A DNA stretch of 32,000 bases from contig NC_007614.1 in NCBI RefSeq assembly GCF_000196355.1, forward strand, positions 720,001 through 752,000, in the 5' to 3' direction. How positions within the stretch are numbered: position 1 is the first letter of the stretch; every line of letters starts with the position of its first letter. The notes beneath the pieces were generated by a model. It worked only from the letters and a program-made list of their open reading frames with translations. It did no database searches and was not told the DNA's origin. Positions 17,228 through 29,418 of this stretch are shown piece after piece. Source of the DNA: Nitrosospira multiformis ATCC 25196 (lineage in GTDB: Bacteria > Pseudomonadota > Gammaproteobacteria > Burkholderiales > Nitrosomonadaceae). Made by a program: the position numbers and the translations under genes.

Positions 17228-17542
17228 TCAAGAACAGAATGTCACGTTTAGCCTTTCTGCTGCTTTGGGTGCTTCGCAACGGGCTCTTTGCCCGCTGGAG
17301 CGGTGTATAAGAAGAAGTAATGTGCTAAAAGCCCGGGAAGTAAAAAGACTTCGGGTTCCATTTTAAAACAGTGCTCACGTTGCCGCCCCTAGACTCCGCG
17401 CTCGATGAAGAGTCTGCGAACTGCGAGGACCGTGGAATGCTAGTGGAGAGCCACTGGCAAGTCCGTATGATTGCGCACACATCGGGCATTGAGATTGATT
17501 GTCCTCATTGCGCTTTTTCGAAATAGCTTGAGGATGCCCGGT

Positions 17543-17872
17543 ATGCAATGGGTTTTCCCTGTCTGTTGCAATTGTCAGTGAGGTGGTGGCAACCTCAGCC
17601 CTGAAATCCAGTAATGATTTCACGCAGTTCTGGCCATCAGTAGTTGTCGTGGCGGGCTATGCCGTTGCTTTCTTCTTTCTCTCCCTTGCCTTGCGCACCC
17701 TGTCTGTGGAATCGCATACCCTATCTGGCCTGGCGCCGGTATCATCCTCATATCGCTCGTCGCCTGGCCCTTTCCCGGGCAAGCGCTCGATGGTCCCGCC
17801 ATTCTGGGTCTCGCGCTCATTGTTGCCGGTGTCGTTATCCTGAACATATTTTCCAGATCCACCACTCATTGA
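17543..17872 (+). pseudogene. SMR-family (EmrE/Gdx-SugE-like) small multidrug/guanidinium exporter gene disrupted by two compensating frameshifts
   Basis: AGGA lies 8 nt upstream of the ATG at 17543. Read with a -1 correction in the T4C3 run (17553-17559) and a +1 correction at GG 17708-17709, it gives [109 protein letters not shown]. That is 109 aa, the SMR size, and it retains the conserved membrane Glu. As written, the ATG frame stops at 17579-17581. The conserved AYAIWSG is changed to AYPIWPG. Confidence 0.75.
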
Positions 17873-18137
17873 CAGCTGTTCCGGTTCGGGAAGGAAATCC
17901 TGCGGGAAACTCCGGAAAGGAAACCCCGGAAAGAAATACAGGCCCTAATTCTCCACTTGCCCGTTCGTCCACTTTATCGACGCTTTCTTCAGGCGGTGTA
18001 CCAACGTCCAATTGTTTTGGCAGCGGGAGTTGCTACGATTCGGTTCACCTGCCCGTCCGGTTTTTTACGGCCTCTCCAAGCGGCCATAACGGAATACGAG
18101 ACCGAACGGGGCATTGTGAGAATGGATCGGAGATCGA

Positions 18138-19229
18138 ATGATGAGTATCAGGAGAATTGTCTGGCAGTTGAGCATGTGTGCGGGGATTACGCTTTCGACA
18201 AATGCGTACGCGATTGCATTATTTCAGTCCGAATCCGTCGCGCCTGCTGCCCTGCAATCCGAATATCATGTTTCCTGGGTCAGGAGGGAAGCGGATGATC
18301 CTGAGGGTACAGGGGGACATTCAACGCATCCATCCTGGAACGGGTCGCCGAACTTCCTTCTGCCGTTGGCTTCAGGATATTTCGATATTCTTTCCCCGTT
18401 CGAAAATTTTGCTTCTCCATCGACCGCTTTATATCTCACTCTGCTCAGAGGGGATGAAGCTTTCGGCGTCAATATTGCAGGCTTCACCAATGATGAGGCT
18501 GGGCTGGTAAACATGCTCGCCCTTCCGGATCTGTTCATGCAGGCACAGTGGCAGCCCGCTGAAGGCAACTCACAAACTACACCTTTTACTCCACATTCTA
18601 ATAGCGGCAACATGGCTCGCGCAAGAAATACGCCGCACGCATGCGCGCAACTGCGCGAGGTTCGGAGAAACAGGCTGGAGCTAAGGGATGACGACTGCAT
18701 TGGCTTGGGGGGTGGTTCGGAGGGAAACGGTAATGCGAATAGAAACGGGAGCAAGGCCGGGGGAGGCTCCAATGCCATCATCGCTCGAAATAAAAATGCC
18801 CGCGACAGCAATGCCGGTGATGGCGCCTATACCGGTGGAGGGGGTGGTGGCGGAGGGGGAGCAGGGGGAGGCACTCCAGGTACAGGCGAGAAGGGCAATG
18901 GCGGCATGTCTCCACCAGACAGTAATAACTCTGAGCCGGATAATGGCAGTGAAGGCAATGCAGGCGGAACCGAAGGGGCCGTGTCCAACCACGGTAATGA
19001 GAATGGCGGAACGGGCGAAGGCGGCAATGGGGGAACCGGAGGAGGGGACGGAAGTGGCGGGAATGGTGGTACGGGGAACTGGAACAACCCGGATGAAGGG
19101 GAAGGCCCGCCCCCAAGCGAAGTAACGGAAGTAACGCCCCTTCCTGAACCCGCTACGCTAGCGCTTCTCGCGCTGGGTCTGGCTGCACTGTGCGCCGTGC
19201 GGAGAAATCAGGGCAAGATTGCCGATTGA
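18138..19229 (+). CDS. PEP-CTERM sorting-domain protein (exosortase substrate) with a Gly/Asn-rich low-complexity region
   Basis: Signal peptide MMSIRRIVWQLSMCAGITLSTNAYA. The C-terminus VTPLPEPATLALLALGLAALCAVRRNQ has the PEP motif, a TM helix and a basic cluster, which together form the PEP-CTERM signature. The central ~150 aa are G/N/S/E-rich, including a G8 run. GGAG lies 8-11 nt upstream of the ATG. Confidence 0.85.
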   Translation: MMSIRRIVWQLSMCAGITLSTNAYAIALFQSESVAPAALQSEYHVSWVRREADDPEGTGGHSTHPSWNGSPNFLLPLASGYFDILSPFENFASPSTALYLTLLRGDEAFGVNIAGFTNDEAGLVNMLALPDLFMQAQWQPAEGNSQTTPFTPHSNSGNMARARNTPHACAQLREVRRNRLELRDDDCIGLGGGSEGNGNANRNGSKAGGGSNAIIARNKNARDSNAGDGAYTGGGGGGGGGAGGGTPGTGEKGNGGMSPPDSNNSEPDNGSEGNAGGTEGAVSNHGNENGGTGEGGNGGTGGGDGSGGNGGTGNWNNPDEGEGPPPSEVTEVTPLPEPATLALLALGLAALCAVRRNQGKIAD

Positions 19230-19574
19230 ATCTGCCCGAATTTATAAAGGAGGTGCATACATTGCGCAGGCGCGATCATTTCGTGTAGGATTTTCCGCGC
19301 TGTCGCCGTGGTTCACCCCTTCTTACCGGGCGTGGAAGCCGAAAAGGTGTCAATCTGCTTTGTGAGTCCAAGTCGAATTCCGATTAGCCGGGATAAAATC
19401 GGCGAGAGCGTTTCTTTCATCATTCAAACCTCATCAGTGCTGGAGGCTTGTCCTCTGTGCAGCTCCCGACGCGCCAGCGATTATTTCATCCGCATGTTTC
19501 AGGTAAATTGCCGGCCGGCATGGGATGGGCGTCATTCGCTGAACAGGGGCTGCATTCGGTGGCGGATGGCAGAC

Positions 19575-19994
19575 TCATCCGCGCGTGGAGGGCTGGCTAT
19601 CGAAATGGAAGAGATCTACGGAGGGCAGGGGAGTCCAACCGGAATGACGGTGCTCTGCAACGACCGTGGTGAAAATGCCGCCACGCACGTAGAATTTTGC
19701 GGTGAGACGTAGATAACGAGGCTGCAGGGCTGTAGCCAAGTCATCGACAATCCGGTTTGTCACCGCTTCGTGGAAAGCGTTCTCGTCACGGAAAGACCAG
19801 ATATAGAGCTTGAGGCTTTTAAGTTCGACGCACTTCTTGTCAGGAATATAATCAAGAATCAGGGTCGCGAAATCGGGCTGGCCGGTTTTGGGGCACAAGC
19901 AGGTAAACTCGGGGATCTCCATATGAATATGGTAGTCCCGTTCCTGAGTAGGATTGGGGAAGGTTTCCAGGTTTTTATCCGGGCGGCTGGGCAT
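19575..19994 (-). CDS. queF: NADPH-dependent 7-cyano-7-deazaguanine (preQ0) reductase QueF, type I
   Basis: 139 aa. It contains the catalytic Cys context [15 protein letters not shown] and the QueF motif [14 protein letters not shown]. Confidence 0.93.
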   Translation of the reverse strand: MPSRPDKNLETFPNPTQERDYHIHMEIPEFTCLCPKTGQPDFATLILDYIPDKKCVELKSLKLYIWSFRDENAFHEAVTNRIVDDLATALQPRYLRLTAKFYVRGGIFTTVVAEHRHSGWTPLPSVDLFHFDSQPSTRG

Positions 19995-20137
19995 TCTCTT
20001 ATCTCTGTCAAAATCGGTTAGAATGAGCTCCCTTGGGAGGCCTCTCCCAGGATGATTCGGAATGTTCCCGAACCGGAAGCTTCATCCAGGAGGCTACCTT
20101 CTGCAGCCGCACATTATAACTGCTTGCAAACGATAAA

Positions 20138-23100
20138 TTGCGTCTCTCCCACATCAAACTCGCCGGTTTCAAATCCTTTGTCGATCCTACGGAAATTCCC
20201 TTTCCAGGGGATCTGGTGGGAGTCGTGGGCCCCAATGGGTGTGGGAAATCCAATGTCATCGATGCTGTCCGCTGGGTTCTGGGGGAATCAAGAGCCTCGG
20301 CGCTACGCGGTGAATCAATGCAGGACGTCATTTTTAACGGCTCCACCACCCGCAAGCCTGTGGGCAGGGCCAGTGTGGAGCTGGCGTTTGACAACAGCCT
20401 TGGCAAGGCAGCGGGGCAATGGTCGAGCTATGCGGAGATTTGCATCAAGCGGGTACTGAGGCGCGACGGAGAATCCACATACTATATCAATAATATTCAC
20501 GTGCGGCGCCGCGATATTGCCGATATTTTTCTTGGCACCGGATTGGGGGGACGGGGCTACGCGATCATCGAGCAGGGAATGATTTCCCGCATCATCGAAG
20601 CCAAGCCGGAGGAGCTTCGTGTATTTCTGGAGGAAGCAGCCGGTATTTCCAAATACCGGGAGCGGCGGCGTGAGACGGAATCGCGCCTGGCGGATACCCG
20701 CGAAAACCTTCTGCGCGTAAACGATATTTGCCAGGAATTGGAAAAGCAATTAGTGCGCCTTGGGCAGCAGGCGGAAACGGCCCGACGGTTCGAGGACTTG
20801 CAGAGTCGGTTGGACAAGGCACAAAATCTACTGTGGTTCGCCCGCAAACAGGAAGCGGCGTCGCAACGGGCACTGGCGGAAAAGGAGATTCAATCGCTGC
20901 AAACCACCCTCGAAGCCGAGGCGGCGGCCTTGCGCAGGGCCGAAAAGCAGCTTGAGGAAAAGCGCGCGGATCATTTTGCGGCGAGCGATCTTTTGCATGA
21001 TGCTCAGGGCGAACTGTATGCAGCCAATGCCGAAGTGGCGTACACTGAGCAGCAGATACAGCACGTGCGGGAAAATTACCAGCGCATCGCGCAGCAGATT
21101 GCCGCAACGAGGCACCAGCTTGAGCACTATGCCACGCAGGCCGATACTTCGGTGGACAGCTTGAATCGCTGGCACGAAGAGTACAAACAGGCGCGATCGG
21201 ACAGCGAGGCGAGCAAACAGAAAGCCACGGTGGAGAATGAGAAATTGCCGCTGGCAGAGGCTGCTTTTCGCACGCGCCAGGAAAAGCTTGCCGAGGTACA
21301 GCGTGACCTGCTGCTGGCGGAGCAGTCGGAGCAGCTCGAGAAGAGTCATCGCGACCATGCCGAAAAGGCGCTTCAGCAGCTCGAAATGCGCCGCAAGCGA
21401 TTGCTGGTAGAGTACGCCGCCTTGCCTGAATCAAAGGTCGAGGAGTTATCGGAGCTGACCCGCGAGGCGGAAGCGACTGCTCACGATCTGAAACAAAAGC
21501 AGGAGGAGTTTGCGCAAACAGAAAATCTGCTGCTTGACGCCGAGGAAGTCAAACGCGAGTTTGCGCGCAACGTACAGGCACTGGAGCAGCAGGTTGTGCA
21601 GGCTGAAGCGCGGCTGAGCGCGCTGCAGCGTCTGCAGGGACGTCTTGAAAGCAGTGAAGGACTGAACACGTGGTTTGCAAGGCATCGGCTCGATTCTTTG
21701 CCGCGGCTGTGGCAAGGCATACAGATAGAAAAGGGGTGGGAAGACGCGCTTGAAGCTGTCCTGCGCGAACGTTTGAACGGTACACGCGTGGGGCAGTTGG
21801 AGGTGGCGCTTGAGTGGGCCAATCCTCCGCCGGGGAAGTGTGCGCTGTTCGAGCCGGCAGAGATGAAGCTGCAAAAGACTACGAAGGCTGGAAAGATAGC
21901 AGGGGCTGAAGGGGGGGGCGGCAAACCTCCCAGAGATGGGGAAGCAGGAGTCGCATTGCGGTCCTATCTGACCTGCAGCGATACGAGCGTAAAATCTGTA
22001 GTGGATGAATGGCTGAGCGGTATATTTGCGATTGATAGCCTTGAAGCAGGGCTCTCGCGGCGCAACCTGCTCTCGCCCGGTGAAATGCTGGTGACACGGG
22101 AAGGTTGCGTGGTTACCTCTCATAGCCTCACCTTTTACTCCCCTGACTCGCAGTTGCATGGCGTGCTGGCACGGCAGCGGGAGATCGGGCAGATTGAAGT
22201 GGAAATGGAAGCGTTGAGAGCGAAGCTCGACATCGAGCAGTCCGCGCTCGATACCGCAGGAGACACCTGTTACGATCTGGAGTCATCCCTGTCCAGTCTG
22301 CGCCATGAGAATGAACAGCTTCAGCAATTGCACCATAATGTGCAGATGCAGGCATTGAAGCTGACACAGACGGTCGAACGCAGCGAGCAGAGGCGCAAAC
22401 AGATCGACAGCGATCTGGCGGAAATCGAGCAGCATGCAGAGGCAGAGGCTTCCCGTCAGTGCAGTGCCGAAGCAAGACTTGCCGAGCATGGCGTGCGGAT
22501 CAAATTCCTGCAGGAGCAGGTAAGAACGGAACAGCTCGCGCGAGATACCGCTGAAGAATCGCTCACCGGTCAACGCCGTCTGGCTCAGAATGCATCCAGG
22601 GAGATGCAGGAGGCTATCTTTCACGAAAAAACCTGCGAGCATAAAATTGCTGAAGCGGAAAATGCCATCGAGGGAATCGAACGGAGCGTGGGTGAACTCA
22701 AAGCTCACCTGGAAAAATTGCAAGTCGAGCAAGACAGTTTCGATGAAGGCGAACTGGTTGGAGTGCTGGAGGAACGGCTGACGTTGCGTGAGCAGCGTGA
22801 ACAGAAACTGGCGGAGGCGCGTAACGCCCTCGAAGCCCTGGCTACGGAATTGCGGCAGATAGAGCAGGAGCGAATGGCTTCCGAACAAAAACTGCATCCG
22901 TTGCGGGAGGCTATCAACCATATGCGTCTCAAGGAGCAGGAGGCGCGAATTACCGAGAATCAGTTTGGCGAACAACTGCAGGGATGTGAAATCCCTGAAG
23001 AAGAACTGATAAACTCTCTGGGAAAGACACGTCCCGCCGCATTGCAGAGCGAGGTGAACCGGTTGCGTGGCGACATTACCGCGTTGGGGCCGGTCAATAC

Positions 23101-23710
23101 CGCCGCGCTCGAAGAATTGGAGTCTTGCCAGACTCGAAAGACCTATCTCGATTCACAGGCGCGGGACCTCGAAGAGGCGTCGGAAACACTCAGGAATGCA
23201 ATACGGCGCATAGATCGTGAAACCCGCGAGCGACTGCTCGAAACGGTCGAGAAGGTCAATGCTCATCTGGGCGACATGTTCCCCACCATATTCGGGGGCG
23301 GACATGCGAAGCTGATGCTGAGGGGTGAAGAAATTCTGGATGCGGGCGTACAGATTGTCGCTCAACCGCCTGGCAAGAAAAACAGTTCGATTCATTTGTT
23401 ATCCGGCGGCGAAAAGGCGCTGACTGCGCTGGCGTTTGTATTCTCTCTATTTCAACTCAATCCGGCGCCCTTTTGCATGCTGGATGAGGTGGACGCTCCC
23501 CTGGACGACAGCAATACCGAACGTTTCTGCAATCTTGTGCGGAAGATGTCGCGTCAAACCCAGTTTGTATTTATCAGTCATAACAAAATTGCCATGGAAA
23601 TGGCGCAGCAATTAATAGGGGTTACCATGCAGGAGAAAGGGGTGTCGCGCGTGGTGGCGGTAGAAATCGAAGAGGCTGTAAGACTGGGCGATACAGCCTT
23701 GGCTACGTGA
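20138..23710 (+). CDS. smc: Chromosome segregation protein SMC
   Basis: 1190 aa. The N-terminus is (TTG)MRLSHIKLAGFKSF followed by the Walker A motif GPNGCGKSN. Long coiled coils follow, with a central hinge. The C-terminus has the signature motif LSGGEKALTALAF and the Walker B motif FCMLDEVDAPLD. The start codon is TTG at 20138, and the in-frame stop TAA lies at 20117-20119. Confidence 0.95.
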   Translation: MRLSHIKLAGFKSFVDPTEIPFPGDLVGVVGPNGCGKSNVIDAVRWVLGESRASALRGESMQDVIFNGSTTRKPVGRASVELAFDNSLGKAAGQWSSYAEICIKRVLRRDGESTYYINNIHVRRRDIADIFLGTGLGGRGYAIIEQGMISRIIEAKPEELRVFLEEAAGISKYRERRRETESRLADTRENLLRVNDICQELEKQLVRLGQQAETARRFEDLQSRLDKAQNLLWFARKQEAASQRALAEKEIQSLQTTLEAEAAALRRAEKQLEEKRADHFAASDLLHDAQGELYAANAEVAYTEQQIQHVRENYQRIAQQIAATRHQLEHYATQADTSVDSLNRWHEEYKQARSDSEASKQKATVENEKLPLAEAAFRTRQEKLAEVQRDLLLAEQSEQLEKSHRDHAEKALQQLEMRRKRLLVEYAALPESKVEELSELTREAEATAHDLKQKQEEFAQTENLLLDAEEVKREFARNVQALEQQVVQAEARLSALQRLQGRLESSEGLNTWFARHRLDSLPRLWQGIQIEKGWEDALEAVLRERLNGTRVGQLEVALEWANPPPGKCALFEPAEMKLQKTTKAGKIAGAEGGGGKPPRDGEAGVALRSYLTCSDTSVKSVVDEWLSGIFAIDSLEAGLSRRNLLSPGEMLVTREGCVVTSHSLTFYSPDSQLHGVLARQREIGQIEVEMEALRAKLDIEQSALDTAGDTCYDLESSLSSLRHENEQLQQLHHNVQMQALKLTQTVERSEQRRKQIDSDLAEIEQHAEAEASRQCSAEARLAEHGVRIKFLQEQVRTEQLARDTAEESLTGQRRLAQNASREMQEAIFHEKTCEHKIAEAENAIEGIERSVGELKAHLEKLQVEQDSFDEGELVGVLEERLTLREQREQKLAEARNALEALATELRQIEQERMASEQKLHPLREAINHMRLKEQEARITENQFGEQLQGCEIPEEELINSLGKTRPAALQSEVNRLRGDITALGPVNTAALEELESCQTRKTYLDSQARDLEEASETLRNAIRRIDRETRERLLETVEKVNAHLGDMFPTIFGGGHAKLMLRGEEILDAGVQIVAQPPGKKNSSIHLLSGGEKALTALAFVFSLFQLNPAPFCMLDEVDAPLDDSNTERFCNLVRKMSRQTQFVFISHNKIAMEMAQQLIGVTMQEKGVSRVVAVEIEEAVRLGDTALAT

Positions 23711-23717
23711 AGCGACC

Positions 23718-27162
<3,445 letters not shown>

Positions 27163-27163
<1 letters not shown>

Positions 27164-28047
27164 TGCCGAAAATACGTAAAGCAGTTTTTCCGGTGGCAGG
27201 AATGGGCACCCGTTTTCTCCCTGCTACGAAGGCAAATCCCAAGGAAATGATGCCTGTTGTAGATAAACCGTTGATTCAGTACGCGGTTGAGGAGGCGATC
27301 GCAGCGGGTATCACGGAGATGATTTTCATAACGGGCCGTCACAAGCGCGCCATTGAAGACCATTTCGACAAAGCGTACGAAATAGAAAACGAGTTGGAGG
27401 CCCGTGGCAAAAATGAAACGCTGGAAATGTTGCGCAGCATCCTGCCCAAAAACATTCATTGCATTTACATCCGCCAATCGGAAGCACTCGGGTTAGGGCA
27501 CGCTATCCTTTGCGCGCGTCCCGCGGTAGGAAATGATCCTTTTGCCGTGCTGCTGGCAGATGACCTGCTCGTAGGCGATGAGCCGATCATGCGGCAGTTG
27601 GGCAAGGTGTACGAGGAGAACGGCTGCTCCATACTGGCCGTACAGAATGTCGAGCCTGAAGATACTCTCAATTATGGCATTGTGAAATGCGGGCCCGGGA
27701 TGAACGGCTTGCATCCCATTACCGGCATCGTGGAAAAACCTGCCCCGGAGAATGCTCCCTCTAGATTGGGCGTCGTCGGACGTTATATTTTGACCCCGAA
27801 AATCTTCGAGCACCTGGAAAGGGTTCAACCTGGGGCCGGAGGGGAAATTCAGCTGACCGATGGAATCGCTTCGCTTTTGCGGGAAGAGCGGGCGCTGGCC
27901 TATGAATTCCACGGAACGCGTTACGATTGCGGGAGCAAGATAGGATACCTCAAGGCAACGATTGCGCTGGCGCTCCAGCATCCGGAGGTCGGGCGTGAGT
28001 TTGCGGCGTATCTCGACGCCAGATGCAGTGGGCATACCAGCGTCTAG
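27163..28047 (+). CDS. galU: UTP--glucose-1-phosphate uridylyltransferase GalU
   Basis: The N-terminus is [35 protein letters not shown], the canonical GalU G-rich loop. The VEKP motif ([12 protein letters not shown]) and GRYIL are also present. The ATG overlaps the ligA TAA stop by 1 nt (TAATG). Confidence 0.95.
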
Positions 28048-28109
28048 CCATCTATCCGCTGCCGATCGATTTTTCCTGCTCCTTATTCTTCATCAGGTTA
28101 CCCGTGCCG

Positions 28110-28655
28110 ATGCTCCCATACCAGGATGCGCAGAAAATTCTGAGAGAAGCAGAGCAGATATTTCCGGCCGAGGTCGTAGTGGAAACCGTCAGGCGTATGG
28201 CAGCCGATATTACGGCTACCCTGGCACATCGTTATCCCCTGGTGCTCAGCATCATGGGGGGTGCCGTCGTGTTTACCGGGCAACTGCTTCCCCTGCTGCA
28301 ATTCCCGCTCAATTTCGACTATCTTCATGTCAGCCGTTACGCTGAGAAGATGCACGGGGGCAGGATCGACTGGAAAGCTTCACCGGGCGAGAATGTGCAA
28401 GACCGGGTCGTACTGGTGGTGGATGATATCCTTGACCAGGGGATCACGCTTGCTGCCATCCGTGAGTGGGTGATGAGCCAAGGCGCAGCAGCATTTTATA
28501 GCGCCGTTTTTGCCGAAAAGGATATTCCTGGTCCCAAGCCGATCAGTGCGGATTTTGTGGGTCTTGTTGTTCCCAACCGCTACGTCTTTGGCTTCGGCAT
28601 GGATATCTATGGGGCATGGCGAAATTTGCCCGCCATCTATGCCTTGAAAGAGTGA
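28110..28655 (+). CDS. hpt: Hypoxanthine(-guanine) phosphoribosyltransferase
   Basis: PRPP-binding motif VVLVVDDILDQGITL. The C-terminal FVGLVVPNRYVFGFGMDIYGAWRNLPAIYAL parallels the Hpt family end. The start was moved to the ATG at 28110 (MLPYQDAQKIL...); the 29 codons upstream in the track ORF overlap the galU 3' end. Confidence 0.85.
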   Translation: MLPYQDAQKILREAEQIFPAEVVVETVRRMAADITATLAHRYPLVLSIMGGAVVFTGQLLPLLQFPLNFDYLHVSRYAEKMHGGRIDWKASPGENVQDRVVLVVDDILDQGITLAAIREWVMSQGAAAFYSAVFAEKDIPGPKPISADFVGLVVPNRYVFGFGMDIYGAWRNLPAIYALKE

Positions 28656-28671
28656 GGTAAAATCCAGAAAT

Positions 28672-29418
28672 ATGCTTGCAATTATTGGCGGGACCGGAAT
28701 GGCCCAGCTCGAGTGCCTTGAAATTTCCCATCAGAAAGTTGTAACGACTCCTTATGGGGAACCATCAGGCCCTCTGACTTTTGGCAAGATACGTAACAAT
28801 ACCGTCGTTTTTCTGGCGCGTCATGGATACGGCCATACGATTCCTCCCCACGAGGTGAATTACCGCGCCAACTTGTGGGCATTGCAGTCGGTTAATCTGA
28901 CGAGGGTGATAGCGGTTGCTTCGGTAGGTGGAATCCGTGCTGATCTCGCACCGGGCACGGTAGTGATTCCCGACCAGATCATCGACTATACCTACGGTCG
29001 CAAGTATACCTATTACGATGGCAAGGACCGGTCAGTGACCTACATCGATTTCACCGAGCCATACTGTCCTTTGACTCGCAAGCGTCTCCTGGAAGCAGCG
29101 GGACGTGCCGGCGAAAAGGTGCTTGACGGAGGGGTGTATGGCGCGACCCAGGGGCCACGGCTTGAAACTGCGGCGGAAGTCAACCGGCTGGAGCGGGATG
29201 GGGTTGACATGGTTGGAATGACTGGTATGCCTGAGGCCGCCCTCGCCAAGGAGCTGGGGCTATGCTACGCAACCCTGGCAGTAGTCGCAAATTATGCGGC
29301 CGGCCGTAAAAGCAGTGCCCATCTCATCCGTCTGGATGAGGCGCATGGCGTTCTGGAAAAAACGATGGTCAGGGTCAGAAATATTCTCGAATGGGTGGTA
29401 ACGCTCGATGCCGATTAA
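28672..29418 (+). CDS. mtnP: S-methyl-5'-thioadenosine / S-methyl-5'-thioinosine phosphorylase (PNP/MTAP family 2)
   Basis: 248 aa. It has [31 protein letters not shown] and [34 protein letters not shown], all typical of MTAP/MTIP enzymes. Substrate preference (MTA versus MTI) cannot be decided from the sequence by eye. Confidence 0.85.
   Translation: MLAIIGGTGMAQLECLEISHQKVVTTPYGEPSGPLTFGKIRNNTVVFLARHGYGHTIPPHEVNYRANLWALQSVNLTRVIAVASVGGIRADLAPGTVVIPDQIIDYTYGRKYTYYDGKDRSVTYIDFTEPYCPLTRKRLLEAAGRAGEKVLDGGVYGATQGPRLETAAEVNRLERDGVDMVGMTGMPEAALAKELGLCYATLAVVANYAAGRKSSAHLIRLDEAHGVLEKTMVRVRNILEWVVTLDAD

Noticed and set aside
17375-17623. Minus-strand 82-aa ORF spanning the SMR leader and 5' end
   Set aside because: It has no motifs and no SD, and it lies antisense to a region better explained as the leader plus the start of the SMR pseudogene.
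18827-19087. Minus-strand poly-Pro ORF (PPPPPPPP) and other ORFs antisense to the PEP-CTERM gene
   Set aside because: It is the mirror image of the Gly-rich (GGN) coding region on the plus strand, which has a signal peptide and a PEP-CTERM end.
19308-19712. Plus-strand 134-aa ORF (Cys-rich) in the PEP-CTERM/queF gap
   Set aside because: It overlaps 138 nt of the well-supported queF antisense. It starts at a GTG with no SD and has no recognisable motif. I kept only the gap itself as a finding.
19995-20137. Possible preQ1 riboswitch in the queF 5' leader: hairpin CTTGGGAG-GCCT-CTCCCAGG around 20027-20050
   Set aside because: The hairpin has only a 4-nt loop. It lacks the preQ1-I loop and the A-rich tail (about CCC...AAAAAACUA) needed for the pseudoknot pocket. 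It sits in a divergent promoter region and may just be an operator or incidental hairpin.
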